Below are positions 28,633-38,881 of a stretch of DNA of 64,000 nt, piece after piece. The notes beneath the pieces were generated by a model. That model had not been told where the DNA came from and made no database searches. It saw only the letters and a program-made list of their open reading frames with translations. Every line of letters starts with the position of its first letter. The stretch's first letter is position 1. Location of the stretch: the sequence record MN871445.1. One strand, given 5' to 3'. The position numbers and the translations under genes were made by a program.

Positions 28633-28797
28633 AATAACAGCATATTTCCTGTCTCGTTAGCGTTAGCTCGCTAGAGAAAAAGATTTTAGTTTTTTTCTCA
28701 AAAGATAGATTCGACCGATAAAAATAATCCCACCAGTTTTTACTGGTGGGCAATATGCTGTAACTTATAGATGTCAGTAACACCAAAGAGGTCAAAT

Positions 28798-29046
28798 ATG
28801 CTGGATTCTATTTTAGAAGTTGGAGATGCCGTTACCGTAAAACACGCTTCCAATGGATGGGTGGTTGAAAAGATCGATAAAGATACCGCGGCATCATGCG
28901 TAATAGTTAAGGTTATAGAAGAAGGTTACATTTTTCAACGTCCAGGTGTGGTAGGCACATATCGGGCTTTATTGAAAAAAGCTGGGACTGATAGATTTAT
29001 AATAGCACCAGCCTTTTTAACCTCGCCTGGTGAATTTGTTTTTTAG
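28798..29046 (+). CDS. Hypothetical protein
   Basis: GAGG RBS before ATG 28798. Confidence 0.55.
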   Translation: MLDSILEVGDAVTVKHASNGWVVEKIDKDTAASCVIVKVIEEGYIFQRPGVVGTYRALLKKAGTDRFIIAPAFLTSPGEFVF

Positions 29047-29060
29047 ATCTGGAGTGAAAA

Positions 29061-29270
29061 ATGAAGTGGTTTCTTATTGCAGCTTACGTTATCGGGGCGT
29101 TGATTACTTACACCATCATGGTTGGGTTTAAACCCAAAAGCATCAAGTTGGTGTTGGTGGGTTGTTTGCTTTCAGTATTGTGGTTTTTTGTGTTGCTTGA
29201 ATTAATAAGCAAAGCGGTAAACTACTATACATTCAAATTGTGGAGAACGATGAATGGAAGGCAAAAATAA
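29061..29270 (+). CDS. Small membrane protein
   Basis: Two hydrophobic segments, GGAG RBS. Confidence 0.6.
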   Translation: MKWFLIAAYVIGALITYTIMVGFKPKSIKLVLVGCLLSVLWFFVLLELISKAVNYYTFKLWRTMNGRQK

Positions 29271-29724
29271 TAACGTGGATTGTGGGGTGGGTCAGAATAT
29301 CACGTCTGGATGTGTGGAGGGGGATTGCTTAAAGCCTTTCGTCAGAAAAGTGCTGTTGACATCACCCTCACCGCTAAGACCGCGGCTCTGCTCACTGGAC
29401 TTCCGTGATGACGAACTCAGATTAAACTATCACGATTGGGGGTTGCCGTATCCCGAAAGTGTTCGCCTACTCACGTCTATCGGGAAGCCCATCAAGGTGT
29501 GGAATACCGAATATCTGAGAAAGGCTAGGCTATACTTTAAAGAGTTAGCCCAGTTTAGTGAAAACGGATATGAAATCGTCTTAATCGAGTATCTAGCCCC
29601 TGAAGACGTCTGGCAATCTTTACGTGCCGGTGCCGGTAGTATTAACATCCATACCTTCAGATCGGTGGAACATAAATGCATGTTTAACATCGATGATGGT
29701 GAACTTCAGATTACTCGATTTTAA
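29254..29724 (+). CDS. Hypothetical protein
   Basis: ORF in array. Confidence 0.5.
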   Translation: MEGKNNNVDCGVGQNITSGCVEGDCLKPFVRKVLLTSPSPLRPRLCSLDFRDDELRLNYHDWGLPYPESVRLLTSIGKPIKVWNTEYLRKARLYFKELAQFSENGYEIVLIEYLAPEDVWQSLRAGAGSINIHTFRSVEHKCMFNIDDGELQITRF

Positions 29725-29740
29725 AGAAGGAGTTATAGTT

Positions 29741-29917
29741 ATGCCCAATTTACATGTTGAAGTCATTCCACGCGATGATGGCCTGGAAGATATAGAAGTC
29801 ACGCTGACCAATGCAACAAAAGAAGAAGCGGAAGCATTCTATTCCGACTTAGCCGCCAAGGCTAAAGAACTAGGAGTTTCCATGGACCCACAATCCGGCA
29901 TCTATCGAGCCAATTAG
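29741..29917 (+). CDS. Small hypothetical protein
   Basis: AGGAG RBS before ATG 29741. Confidence 0.6.
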   Translation: MPNLHVEVIPRDDGLEDIEVTLTNATKEEAEAFYSDLAAKAKELGVSMDPQSGIYRAN

Positions 29918-29995
29918 GGGTGAACCCAATTAAATTAATCGATCTTGATTTTTGCCACCACAAGGTCACCCTGCCTGATACGGAAAATTGAAAAA

Positions 29996-30169
29996 ATGAC
30001 TAAAACACAGAAGCGCATACTGGAATTGGCCAAACGAATGCATTCTGATGGCGTTACAAAATGGGATTTGCAAATGCGTGGAATTTCTATTTCTGCGGCT
30101 GATGCTTTGGTCAATAAAGGTCATTTGACCAAAGCCAATGATGTTTACCACATACCCCAGGAGCAATAA
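29996..30169 (+). CDS. Small basic protein, possible HTH
   Basis: MTKTQKRILELAK...LVNKGHL. Confidence 0.5.
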   Translation: MTKTQKRILELAKRMHSDGVTKWDLQMRGISISAADALVNKGHLTKANDVYHIPQEQ

Positions 30170-30170
30170 C

Positions 30171-30545
30171 ATGAAAAATACACGCACCAAAGGATGCCAT
30201 CACCTCACCACCAAGGAAGAACTTTTCAGTCAATCAAATGAACTGCTGATGCATGCCTTTGTAGAAACCGGATTGCGCAAAGGTAAAAAGGTGGTTATCC
30301 TTGCCGACAAGAATATCCGGGAATGGATGGAAGCAGCAAAACTGATGTCCTTTATTTTACCTGATGTTACTCTCAAGGCCATGCCTATCGATCGTAAAGG
30401 CGCCATCAATTTTGGTCGCGGGATGACGGACCTGCACGTGCTGATAGTAAGTACCCGCCCGAGTGCACTGATAAAAGATCTGATAATGTCTGCAGCGGTC
30501 TGTTTTAATGCTAACATCCTGGTGGTACATACCGATCCGATGTGA
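30171..30545 (+). CDS. Hypothetical protein
   Basis: AGGAG RBS. Confidence 0.6.
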   Translation: MKNTRTKGCHHLTTKEELFSQSNELLMHAFVETGLRKGKKVVILADKNIREWMEAAKLMSFILPDVTLKAMPIDRKGAINFGRGMTDLHVLIVSTRPSALIKDLIMSAAVCFNANILVVHTDPM

Positions 30546-30554
30546 TTATTTTTT

Positions 30555-30576
30555 ATGGGTGGTGGAAACCACCCAT
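30555..30576. terminator. Hairpin
   Basis: ATGGGTGGT-GGAA-ACCACCCAT. Confidence 0.55.
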
Positions 30577-30596
30577 CCACATTAAGGTAACAGTCC

Positions 30597-30794
30597 GTGA
30601 TTAATACAGTGCTACACCCAATGCTGAAGTATTACCATAATTGTTCCAACGCTCAGAAAAAGATATTGAAGTTGATGTTATTTTTATTTCTTTTTCAAAC
30701 AGCCATCGGTTGGGGCGACTGGGTATGGTTGACGACTCATACTGTCGGGATGCTTGGCGTCTTCTACGTAGGTTATCGATTATCTCGCATTTAA
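30597..30794 (+). CDS. Small membrane protein
   Basis: Two hydrophobic segments. Confidence 0.5.
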   Translation: MINTVLHPMLKYYHNCSNAQKKILKLMLFLFLFQTAIGWGDWVWLTTHTVGMLGVFYVGYRLSRI

Positions 30795-30840
30795 TGTACT
30801 AAAAAAGAAGCGACTGGGCAAATACCAAATAGGAAGAATA

Positions 30841-31695
30841 ATGAAACAATATTTAAATGCAGTGCGACGTGTTGTGGATGAAGGCGTTTGGGTAGAAAAC
30901 AAACGTACTGGCGAACGCTGTCTGACGGTAGTCAATGTCGACATGGAATACAATGTCGGTGCAGGTGACTGCCCTATAGTGACCACTCGCAAGGTCAACC
31001 CACGTCCCGCTATTGCGGAACTACTGGGATATTTGCGCGGTTGCAGTAGTGCTGCCGAATTCCGTGCCCTCGGTACTCGGACTTGGGATGCTAACGCCAA
31101 TGAAAACAACGCATGGCTGAACAATCCCAACCGGAAAGGTACCGACGATATGGGTCGGGTATATGGGGTTCAAATGCGTAACTGGACCCGCCCCGATGGG
31201 TCTCAAGTGGACCAACTCCAGAAAGTCTACGACCATCTCAAAGCAGGTGTTGATGACCGTGGGGAAATCCTCTCGATGTGGAATCCCGGTGAGTTTCATC
31301 TGGGTTGCCTACGCCCCTGCATGTACGAACATCAATTCTCACTACTGGGCGACACCCTCTTCCTGAATTCCACCCAACGTAGTAACGACATTTTATTGGG
31401 TGGCGTCTTTAATGCCATTCAGGTTTATACCCTGCTGGCGCTCATGGCACAAATCACAGGACATAAACCCGGGATTGCCAGACACCGCAGTGTAAATACC
31501 CACATCTATGAACCGCAATATACGGTGCTGATGCGGGAAGGTCAACTGGATCGTGAACCTTATCCCTCCCCTACTTTGAAAATCAACCCCTCCATTAAAA
31601 CGTTGGAAGACGTACTTACGTGGGTAACGGTTGATGACTTTGTGGTTGAAGGGTATCAACACCATCCAGCTATTGTTTATCCGTTCAGCGTATAA
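30841..31695 (+). CDS. thyA: Thymidylate synthase
   Basis: MKQYL, VTTRK, GRVYG.Q, LRPCMY (catalytic Cys), QRS.D...FN, HIY motifs. Confidence 0.97.
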   Translation: MKQYLNAVRRVVDEGVWVENKRTGERCLTVVNVDMEYNVGAGDCPIVTTRKVNPRPAIAELLGYLRGCSSAAEFRALGTRTWDANANENNAWLNNPNRKGTDDMGRVYGVQMRNWTRPDGSQVDQLQKVYDHLKAGVDDRGEILSMWNPGEFHLGCLRPCMYEHQFSLLGDTLFLNSTQRSNDILLGGVFNAIQVYTLLALMAQITGHKPGIARHRSVNTHIYEPQYTVLMREGQLDREPYPSPTLKINPSIKTLEDVLTWVTVDDFVVEGYQHHPAIVYPFSV

Positions 31696-31706
31696 GGGTT
31701 AATAAA

Positions 31707-32081
31707 ATGACTGAGTCTATTTCAGAATACCCACTGGCCCTAGAAGGCCAGACTTTTATTTACGTCATGCATATGGCTTTTCCAACCAATCCCCGCGGTA
31801 AACACATCCCAGTTAACGTTGCTGAACTTAAAGCAACTAATGTCATTCAGACTGCCGAAAATACCTGGGAGTTTGACTTGACTGGACTGCCTGGCCGATA
31901 TGAAACCCACTACGGTTGGTCGCTGTGTCCCGATACCCCAGAAAACCGAACCCACATTCACGATTATCTGGAACTTAGACAGAAACAACAGCAGCTAGCA
32001 GGGCAGTGTGCTGCAGCGCATAAGCGGATTGTATCTTTAAATGTGAGAGAAGATATATCCGACGTCTTCGGAGAGGTTTAG
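31707..32081 (+). CDS. Hypothetical protein
   Basis: ORF in array. Confidence 0.6.
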   Translation: MTESISEYPLALEGQTFIYVMHMAFPTNPRGKHIPVNVAELKATNVIQTAENTWEFDLTGLPGRYETHYGWSLCPDTPENRTHIHDYLELRQKQQQLAGQCAAAHKRIVSLNVREDISDVFGEV

Positions 32082-32093
32082 TGCGGAGGTTAT

Positions 32094-32459
32094 ATGCATG
32101 TGGTATCTTGCCCTACTTGCCACAAATACACGTGTATTTGTGGCAAACAATATTGCCTTCTATCCGATGAAGACCTAGAGTCACTCATCATTGCTCTGCG
32201 AGACCTACGGCGTACCCGTCAAGGTGATGGGGCTAACATGACGGAGGTAAGTCCGGGAATGTACGTGGTGCGTACCCAAGCTGGATTTAAGCAAGCGTTA
32301 CGACACTACGTCGACGACGATGTAAAATTTAAATCCCTGTTGGAATACCCCCACAACTACCCGACCTCTTATCCATCATTGATTAGCATTTCCATCGAGT
32401 ATCGCGGCTACGAATATTTCAAAGTCAATACCGTACACCTTAATTCCATAGTGGGTTAA
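32094..32459 (+). CDS. Hypothetical protein with N-terminal Cys cluster; C-terminal half paralogous to 48213
   Basis: CPTC..CIC; PGMYVV...YPS. Confidence 0.55.
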   Translation: MHVVSCPTCHKYTCICGKQYCLLSDEDLESLIIALRDLRRTRQGDGANMTEVSPGMYVVRTQAGFKQALRHYVDDDVKFKSLLEYPHNYPTSYPSLISISIEYRGYEYFKVNTVHLNSIVG

Positions 32460-32469
32460 CACCATAAAA

Positions 32470-32489
32470 GGGAGGGTGAAAGCCCTCCC
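32470..32489 (+). terminator. Hairpin
   Basis: GGGAGGGT-GAAA-GCCCTCCC then AATATG. Confidence 0.75.
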
Positions 32490-32547
32490 AATATGTTGTT
32501 TCTTTTTTATAGTCATGATTTAAAATATAATTCCGAGGAAAAAAAGA

Positions 32548-32901
32548 ATGCCATTTAAACTGAAGCAGGCTGAAGTCAACGCACAGAAAATCACTGATAT
32601 TTCCCCAACCTTCTCTGGACACGACATAACGTTGGAAGATGGTTCAACTTACTACGCCCACAGCGTCCCCGATGACATCGGACCCGGGGATTATTTCATC
32701 CCCCTAGAAAATGTAGTTTATGATGGATACGACAGTGACTTTGTTCTCATGGAGAAACGCCAGTTTGAATCCATGTTTGTTGAAAAACAAACCAAAACAA
32801 TCTGCCGGCGGTGTGGGTATGACATTTCTCCAGTGACTGATATTAACAGCAGGTGCCGATGCCACCCCAGCAAAGTCCAGCCATTTACCATTGACGAATA
32901 A
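32548..32901 (+). CDS. Hypothetical protein
   Basis: GAGG RBS; GDYF...FESMF and CRRC. Confidence 0.55.
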   Translation: MPFKLKQAEVNAQKITDISPTFSGHDITLEDGSTYYAHSVPDDIGPGDYFIPLENVVYDGYDSDFVLMEKRQFESMFVEKQTKTICRRCGYDISPVTDINSRCRCHPSKVQPFTIDE

Positions 32902-32918
32902 AAAACTAAGGAGTAGGT

Positions 32919-33143
32919 ATGTCGGACGCACCACTCAAAGTGTTTGTATGTGTTAAATTTAAAGGATATTCTCCGGTAGGGAGCGCTGCTGTCGTGGTTG
33001 CAACAGATAAGGCCGAGGCCTGTGAGTTATTAATGGTTGAACTGGCCAAATATGGGTTAAAGCAAGATATCACCGAAGACATGATAATCGAACTTAATAC
33101 TTTAACCCGAAAGGCCGTTATTTTAGTCGATGGGGATTATTAA
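32919..33143 (+). CDS. Hypothetical protein
   Basis: AGGAG RBS. Confidence 0.6.
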   Translation: MSDAPLKVFVCVKFKGYSPVGSAAVVVATDKAEACELLMVELAKYGLKQDITEDMIIELNTLTRKAVILVDGDY

Positions 33144-33161
33144 ATAAAAGGTAACACAATA

Positions 33162-33515
33162 ATGATTAATTTACGTGATGACTACCCCAATATTAAAGCT
33201 ACACAAATCCGGGAATTGGAACGTGCAATAAATTCCACAAACTTAAAAGCTTATTCATGGCATCTTTTTACTAAGACCTACGCGGCAAATCCAACAGCGA
33301 CATTAGATTGTCGCCGGGTTTCAGTTTCTAGATCGGGAGAATTGATGCTCTGGGGTGGGGCGCCGTACGGTCATGTGGACCTTACATTTACGCGAGGAGG
33401 GGTTGAGTTATCTGCTTCCAGGAATGTCTATATGTCTCCTGAAGAAGCTGCGGTATATTTAGATGTCAACACCAATACTTATTTTGTCACCGTTACACCA
33501 ACTTCTTGGAGCTAA
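33162..33515 (+). CDS. Hypothetical protein
   Basis: ORF in array. Confidence 0.55.
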   Translation: MINLRDDYPNIKATQIRELERAINSTNLKAYSWHLFTKTYAANPTATLDCRRVSVSRSGELMLWGGAPYGHVDLTFTRGGVELSASRNVYMSPEEAAVYLDVNTNTYFVTVTPTSWS

Positions 33516-34069
33516 AAATGCACATTGATAAATATGTAAAATTAATCACGTCAGGAAGTTCAAATAACGAATTGACCGTAGACATCGATAGCGGTAAGTT
33601 CAGGGTCTATGGTGGGTGGAATTGGAATACTGAAAATCTATCCATGCCTGGGCATGTAGAGTGTCTGATTCGTGCACGCCATGCATTAATTGCTAATCAC
33701 ATGGATGCAATTACGGTTTGCGATGGTGACCCACGACATGCTATTTGGTATCTTGATGGGGCAATCGATGCACTTCTGGGAAGAAATATGTTTCCCGAAT
33801 GCATACCCAACGAAGTGTGGGCTAAAGTTACAATTAAGCACGACGAAAAATTAGTTGACGTCTTTAAAACCACGACCTGGAAAAACTGGGAAGCGGGGTT
33901 TATTACCACCCGTTTCGAGTATATTCCTCAGGCGCAAGAGGGGTTACGTTTAAAAATATCCACCGCTGTTACAATGGATTATAAATTTGACGAATGGATA
34001 GAATACGTAGCAGGTAGAAAAACCAAGGAACTGGCGCTGGATGTACTAACTCAAGTGATGGAGCGTTAA
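33506..34069 (+). CDS. Hypothetical protein (start probably 33518)
   Basis: GGAG RBS before ATG 33518. Confidence 0.55.
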   Translation: MELKMHIDKYVKLITSGSSNNELTVDIDSGKFRVYGGWNWNTENLSMPGHVECLIRARHALIANHMDAITVCDGDPRHAIWYLDGAIDALLGRNMFPECIPNEVWAKVTIKHDEKLVDVFKTTTWKNWEAGFITTRFEYIPQAQEGLRLKISTAVTMDYKFDEWIEYVAGRKTKELALDVLTQVMER

Positions 34070-34071
34070 CA

Positions 34072-34431
34072 ATGTCAACGCACATGTATATCTGCTCTTA
34101 CCCTAAAGAAAAACTACCCCCAGAAATATGCACCTCATGGAACCTGCATCTGGGAATAGACCATTATTCTATTCCTAGCGTTTGTATAGCACGGAGTGTT
34201 TACCTGTGGGACCACCGATTAAGTTACGTGTGCGAAGCGTTTGTTAAGTCCTTTCCTAAGCATACTGTACTTTCTCCGGATATGGAATTTTCAGTCAATG
34301 AAATGATGATACGCAAATTCATCTTGGAAATGGAAGCCACATACTCAAACGCCGGCGGTATTGCTGAATTAAAAAGCATAGTTCGAAAATTTAATTTTGA
34401 AACGCACTACATGACCGTTTGGTGCGGTTGA
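34072..34431 (+). CDS. Hypothetical protein
   Basis: ORF in array; weak similarity to B1/B2 C-terminus. Confidence 0.55.
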   Translation: MSTHMYICSYPKEKLPPEICTSWNLHLGIDHYSIPSVCIARSVYLWDHRLSYVCEAFVKSFPKHTVLSPDMEFSVNEMMIRKFILEMEATYSNAGGIAELKSIVRKFNFETHYMTVWCG

Positions 34432-34519
34432 TAAAATTCAAACAATGGGTGGGGGTACCGCCCCCTTTATGCCGTTATCCAAAATTAACTGGTAAATTGA
34501 ATAATAGAGGAGGTGGTCT

Positions 34520-34858
34520 ATGCGACCATTAAAACCGGGTATGTTGGCAATGGTAATCGGGTTGAAAAATAATCCAGAATTGAATGGGCGGTGCGTGAAA
34601 CTCATTCAACTCGTGGAACCTGATGAGTCGTTTGTCATGCCGGTAGCCCCATTCGAAGTTAGACGGTATGGAAAAAATAATCCATCAGGATGGGTGTGTA
34701 CTGGGGATATTCCTAAACGCCTTAATTCAATTGTGGGTGGTTGGGGTATTTTTGGACCACAGAATTTGATGCCTCTGGAAGATGACGACCATCACTTTTG
34801 GGATGATACTGGGATTTATAATGATGCTCCTGGGTTTATTCGGAGTACGGTAAAATAA
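34520..34858 (+). CDS. Hypothetical protein (paralog of 15828)
   Basis: GGAGG RBS. Confidence 0.6.
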   Translation: MRPLKPGMLAMVIGLKNNPELNGRCVKLIQLVEPDESFVMPVAPFEVRRYGKNNPSGWVCTGDIPKRLNSIVGGWGIFGPQNLMPLEDDDHHFWDDTGIYNDAPGFIRSTVK

Positions 34859-35437
34859 ATGAATGAAATAACTTCCCTGAAGGAATATTTTTGTGGGGGA
34901 GAATATCTACAAAATATTCTTTTTTATAGAAAATGGTGCCATCACGGAACTGGGTTTGAACAATTCATTTCTGAGCACGTTTACCCTAAAGTGCCTTATG
35001 GCGAATTAAATTACGACTCCATTATCGATTCCCCAGAATTTATTGACCGATTAACCAAATGGATACCCAATCGTTTTCAGTTTGTTTGCACTATGCTACT
35101 TCAAGATTTAAATAAATGCAAAGTAACTGAGTCTACTTGGGAAATCAACCGGGTAATAAGATGTCCTTCTACAAGTATAGAATCGTTATTTAGTAAACCT
35201 AAATATTACGGAAAATATTGGTCTGCCGGTATAGTTCCTTCACCGTGGGGTATCGGAGAATCGGTAGTAAATGACGCGACCATCTGGATTACAGCCATCG
35301 CACACGCCAAAGATATAAATTGGTTAGAGACGGTACGTTCTAGAATGGACTTCGACAATGGTGATGATGAGCACGAAATCCAGTTATTTGAAGGTACTAT
35401 ATTACCCGACTTCACTTATTCTGCAGTAGCGTGTTAA
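34859..35437 (+). CDS. Hypothetical protein
   Basis: ORF in array. Confidence 0.55.
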   Translation: MNEITSLKEYFCGGEYLQNILFYRKWCHHGTGFEQFISEHVYPKVPYGELNYDSIIDSPEFIDRLTKWIPNRFQFVCTMLLQDLNKCKVTESTWEINRVIRCPSTSIESLFSKPKYYGKYWSAGIVPSPWGIGESVVNDATIWITAIAHAKDINWLETVRSRMDFDNGDDEHEIQLFEGTILPDFTYSAVAC

Positions 35438-35446
35438 GGAGCTATA

Positions 35447-35932
35447 ATGCAGCCATCTCTTCAAAGAACCGTGGAGTTCTTTTCTGAATTATCGAAAAGT
35501 CCATCTACGGTATTAGTTGCTACCAAAACCACCATATTCGAGCGGCCCACGGATCATGGTGGAAATACCTATTCTGTTTCGATTCTACGAAACGTGATTA
35601 CCTTACCCCGCAAAATAAATACCCTACAAATGTCAATCGATGGCGCTAATCTTAGTATAGCAACACACTACGATAGCGAGATGGATTTGATCAATGACCA
35701 GATAGACCTTACCATCCGCATTGGGTTTTTACCTCGCGAAGATGAGTGGGCTGAGTTCCGCGGGATAAATGGAGCAAAAAAGGAATTAGGGTCTATACTG
35801 GATAAGACAATATCCGCATTACTTAGCCCCGAATACATCCCAATCGATCCGCATCAAATCTGTGAACGGATAATTGAGGTGATAAAGCAGGTTGACAAAT
35901 ATCAGGTGAGCAAACATGAAAATATGGCATAG
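35447..35932 (+). CDS. Hypothetical protein
   Basis: AGGAG RBS. Confidence 0.6.
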   Translation: MQPSLQRTVEFFSELSKSPSTVLVATKTTIFERPTDHGGNTYSVSILRNVITLPRKINTLQMSIDGANLSIATHYDSEMDLINDQIDLTIRIGFLPREDEWAEFRGINGAKKELGSILDKTISALLSPEYIPIDPHQICERIIEVIKQVDKYQVSKHENMA

Positions 35933-36074
35933 GTTATTTTCTACGTTGGTGGCGATACTGATGGTTCTTGTCGTCATCGTGGGCTGGTATGACTGGCCAT
36001 GGATTGCCCAAAACATCGGCGTCATTACCTTTGCGTTAGCTATCGGGTATGGCGCAAGCAAATTCACTTCTTAA
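35916..36074 (+). CDS. Small membrane protein (52 aa, not in ORF track)
   Basis: MKIWHRLFSTLVAILMVLVVIVGWYDWPWIAQNIGVITFALAIGYGASKFTS; GGTGAG RBS. Confidence 0.6.
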   Translation: MKIWHRLFSTLVAILMVLVVIVGWYDWPWIAQNIGVITFALAIGYGASKFTS

Positions 36075-36083
36075 GGGGGTGCT

Positions 36084-36335
36084 ATGACGCACGAAATCGA
36101 GTTAATCCGATATCAAAAAGGCCTTCCACACCCCTGGGTGGGAGTACCCCGCAAGAAGCGTCCGCGAGGTACTGCAGTAACGGTTGAACTTCAACGTGCC
36201 TGGTATCGGATTTATAAGGAAGAGTTGCATAAAAAGAAATACCACATCTTCGATAAAACGCCGGAAGGTAAACGTTTGCGTAAATTGCGTAAATCGCAGA
36301 TAGCAGCAACCAAAAACAAACTGAATTTTAGTTAA
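36084..36335 (+). CDS. Small basic protein
   Basis: K/R-rich, GGGG RBS. Confidence 0.55.
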   Translation: MTHEIELIRYQKGLPHPWVGVPRKKRPRGTAVTVELQRAWYRIYKEELHKKKYHIFDKTPEGKRLRKLRKSQIAATKNKLNFS

Positions 36336-36347
36336 AGGGGAAATATC

Positions 36348-36746
36348 ATGAGCAATAAATTTACCAAACAAAAATTCAACCCACTGGAACTGATTGAAAA
36401 AATGACTGGGGTAAATTCATCTCAAATACCCCACGTCGCGTATGATCCAACTCTGCGACGTGCAGATTGCGATTATCGCATCATCCGCCAGCAATCCAAC
36501 GACGGGACGCTGATCTTTACCCACGACCTTCTTTTGAAGACGTTGGCTCCCGTGGTAGAAAAAACGTCGTATTTTAAAGGTAATCCCCCAGAAGAAGGCC
36601 GCACATTAAAAGATATCAAATATACCGTAGGGCCGCTTTGGTTATCCACGGTGTTTGGTACGGTAGATCTTCCGGCGGGGCATTATCCGGGGCAGCGTGA
36701 ACGCACCCGCATGCCGGTTAAAGTTGAATATATTTACGCGGAGTGA
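36348..36746 (+). CDS. Hypothetical protein
   Basis: RBS, array. Confidence 0.6.
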   Translation: MSNKFTKQKFNPLELIEKMTGVNSSQIPHVAYDPTLRRADCDYRIIRQQSNDGTLIFTHDLLLKTLAPVVEKTSYFKGNPPEEGRTLKDIKYTVGPLWLSTVFGTVDLPAGHYPGQRERTRMPVKVEYIYAE

Positions 36747-36750
36747 GATC

Positions 36751-37380
36751 ATGGAAACTGGAAAAAGACAAACCATCATTATGGAAGCGGCGCTTGCCGA
36801 TGGCGGAAAATTGCTGATGTTCGTCGATCGCCCGATTTACGACCATACCGATACTACGTTGAAAGGTGTGGGGGGTGATTTCTATTACTACGATATGCAC
36901 ACTTGCCCCATCAACTGGTTGCGTGAGGTAAGGCAGATTGCGTATGTTAGCCCAGAAGGTCAAGTAGAGATGGACCCTCACGGGGTGTTGCATTTTGCCG
37001 GCGCTATCCACAATACTGAAGTTCCTGACGGATGTATGGAACGCGATGACTATTACTTGGGTATGGCCATCGAATACGTTCGCGAAGAGAAGTCTGTAGT
37101 TGATTTCCTGGATGGTATTGAAGCTGGCGTCCCTAACAGTGCATTGCGCAAACGTTGGCTGGAAATAATTTCTTCTAAGGCGGCATTGACTTCACTGGCT
37201 AAAAATTTGGTTACTCGTGGCGATGAATTGGTTTTGGAAGTAACTAAAATGGGATACAATCTCAGCATCCTGGGCGGCCATCCGTTCCTGGAAGTCGGAT
37301 TTCCACCCACCACCGAATATGACTTGGTGAAAGAAATAGCTGAGTCTGATATATTGCAGGCTGGTTATCGGGGACAGTAA
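36751..37380 (+). CDS. Hypothetical protein
   Basis: GGAG RBS before ATG 36751. Confidence 0.6.
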   Translation: METGKRQTIIMEAALADGGKLLMFVDRPIYDHTDTTLKGVGGDFYYYDMHTCPINWLREVRQIAYVSPEGQVEMDPHGVLHFAGAIHNTEVPDGCMERDDYYLGMAIEYVREEKSVVDFLDGIEAGVPNSALRKRWLEIISSKAALTSLAKNLVTRGDELVLEVTKMGYNLSILGGHPFLEVGFPPTTEYDLVKEIAESDILQAGYRGQ

Positions 37381-37407
37381 TAGTTTAAATCAAAGCGGGC
37401 GACACCA

Positions 37408-37737
37408 ATGAATATTAATCGACTTCCAGAACATCACTATACTCTCTCTTCTATGCAACATCCGATTAGTCCTGGCGAAACAATGTGGTTTGTTACCAGT
37501 CCTAAAGTGGTCACTTATCGTGATGTGGATATTTGGATCTGCGATAAAGATTCGGGGAAAGTAAAAGAGATTGTTCCTTACACTGGGTTTACGGACTGGA
37601 GAACCGCCAACCGCCTGGAAGCACATGTAGAAGCTAATGCAGTTAACTTCTTATATCCGGCAGTAATCCTTCCACTTTCCCCAGAACTAGCTAAACTGAC
37701 AAAATCTGGCTACAAGGGATTACTACAAATTAAATAA
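37408..37737 (+). CDS. Hypothetical protein
   Basis: ORF in array. Confidence 0.5.
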   Translation: MNINRLPEHHYTLSSMQHPISPGETMWFVTSPKVVTYRDVDIWICDKDSGKVKEIVPYTGFTDWRTANRLEAHVEANAVNFLYPAVILPLSPELAKLTKSGYKGLLQIK

Positions 37738-37757
37738 GTAAATGAGGGACTGGCAAC

Positions 37758-38117
37758 GTGGAAAGTAAGGATTGGAAAATCAATGCGGGGAGCTATCAAG
37801 CAGACTGGATGAAACTCCACAAAGGATTGAAAAAGCTAATCGACCCGGTCGCAAGTATCTCGGTAGTGCGGTGGATTGCTTACGACACCACCAATGGCGG
37901 CCACATAACCAAAGGCCATGACTTGAACGCTAATACTAACATCTCTGATTTTTTCACCGTACCTAACATCATCCCTAATCTATCCGACATCATTCGACAC
38001 ATCGACCAATCCGGAGGTGTTCGGGTACCGATGTGGAATGGTAGCATTAAAATGGATTTGGTTGTTCGGGTGACTTATGGCGCACAAAAAATCAAGAAAG
38101 GGAAACAAACAAAATGA
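37758..38117 (+). CDS. Hypothetical protein
   Basis: GAGG RBS, GTG start. Confidence 0.5.
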   Translation: MESKDWKINAGSYQADWMKLHKGLKKLIDPVASISVVRWIAYDTTNGGHITKGHDLNANTNISDFFTVPNIIPNLSDIIRHIDQSGGVRVPMWNGSIKMDLVVRVTYGAQKIKKGKQTK

Positions 38118-38356
38118 TCGAATTAGAACCGAATGACCTGCAAGACATGAAAGATACGCTGAATGACGTACTTCTCGAAATGGGTCTTGACCCCGATAAA
38201 TTCCTCGATCGCGCTACAAATATCGTATTAAATAAAGTCCCACTGCATATCGTCGCAACTGCCATTGAATGGGGGTGGAGCGATACGGTAGTGGGTGATG
38301 AACTGCTGGAATTCATGCGTGGCCAGAAACAAGCATTGATTTCCCCAACCAATTAA
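38114..38356 (+). CDS. Hypothetical acidic protein
   Basis: ATGA overlap. Confidence 0.6.
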   Translation: MIELEPNDLQDMKDTLNDVLLEMGLDPDKFLDRATNIVLNKVPLHIVATAIEWGWSDTVVGDELLEFMRGQKQALISPTN

Positions 38357-38373
38357 TAGTCTCGGACGATAGC

Positions 38374-38877
38374 ATGAAAAGAACCCGCGATATCAGGCAT
38401 GTTCGGTTTAGAAAATGTCATAAAGTGGTATTCATCATTGGGGCTTTAGGTTTGGCCGGATGTGATGATAGTCCAATCACCCCATTTTCAACAATCAGCC
38501 AATGCCAACAAACCTACCAATATAGTGCAGCACAGTGCCGCTCTATTTATGGTCAAGCAGTAGACCGGGCTAAAATAGACGGTAAACAATACCGTAGTCG
38601 CCAAGACTGCTTGGATGACAACCGTAATGAAGCAGACAAATACCAACGATGCCAATATACGGTACATGGGTCTTCTCCACATTACTTTTACGTACCCAAG
38701 TATTATAGCTATCGTCCCGGGTCTTACGCACAACCGTTTTACCGGTCCAGAAATAGCAGTGAATTCACGTCGGCCACGGGTAAATCATTTACCTCAAAGT
38801 CAGGTGGTTTTAAAAGTACTAGCGTGCGTGGTGGGTTTGGCCGTTCAGTAAGTAGTCATGCTTCTTTTGGCGGATAA
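38374..38877 (+). CDS. DUF1190/YgiB-like lipoprotein
   Basis: LAGC lipobox, FSTISQC...C, RSRQDC, C-terminal RGGFGRS...GG. Confidence 0.75.
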   Translation: MKRTRDIRHVRFRKCHKVVFIIGALGLAGCDDSPITPFSTISQCQQTYQYSAAQCRSIYGQAVDRAKIDGKQYRSRQDCLDDNRNEADKYQRCQYTVHGSSPHYFYVPKYYSYRPGSYAQPFYRSRNSSEFTSATGKSFTSKSGGFKSTSVRGGFGRSVSSHASFGG

Positions 38878-38881
38878 ACTG

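Noticed and set aside
30841-31695. ThyA-like gene as a DNA base-modifying hydroxymethylase
   Set aside because: Retains the dUMP-specifying Asn and canonical ThyA motifs throughout.
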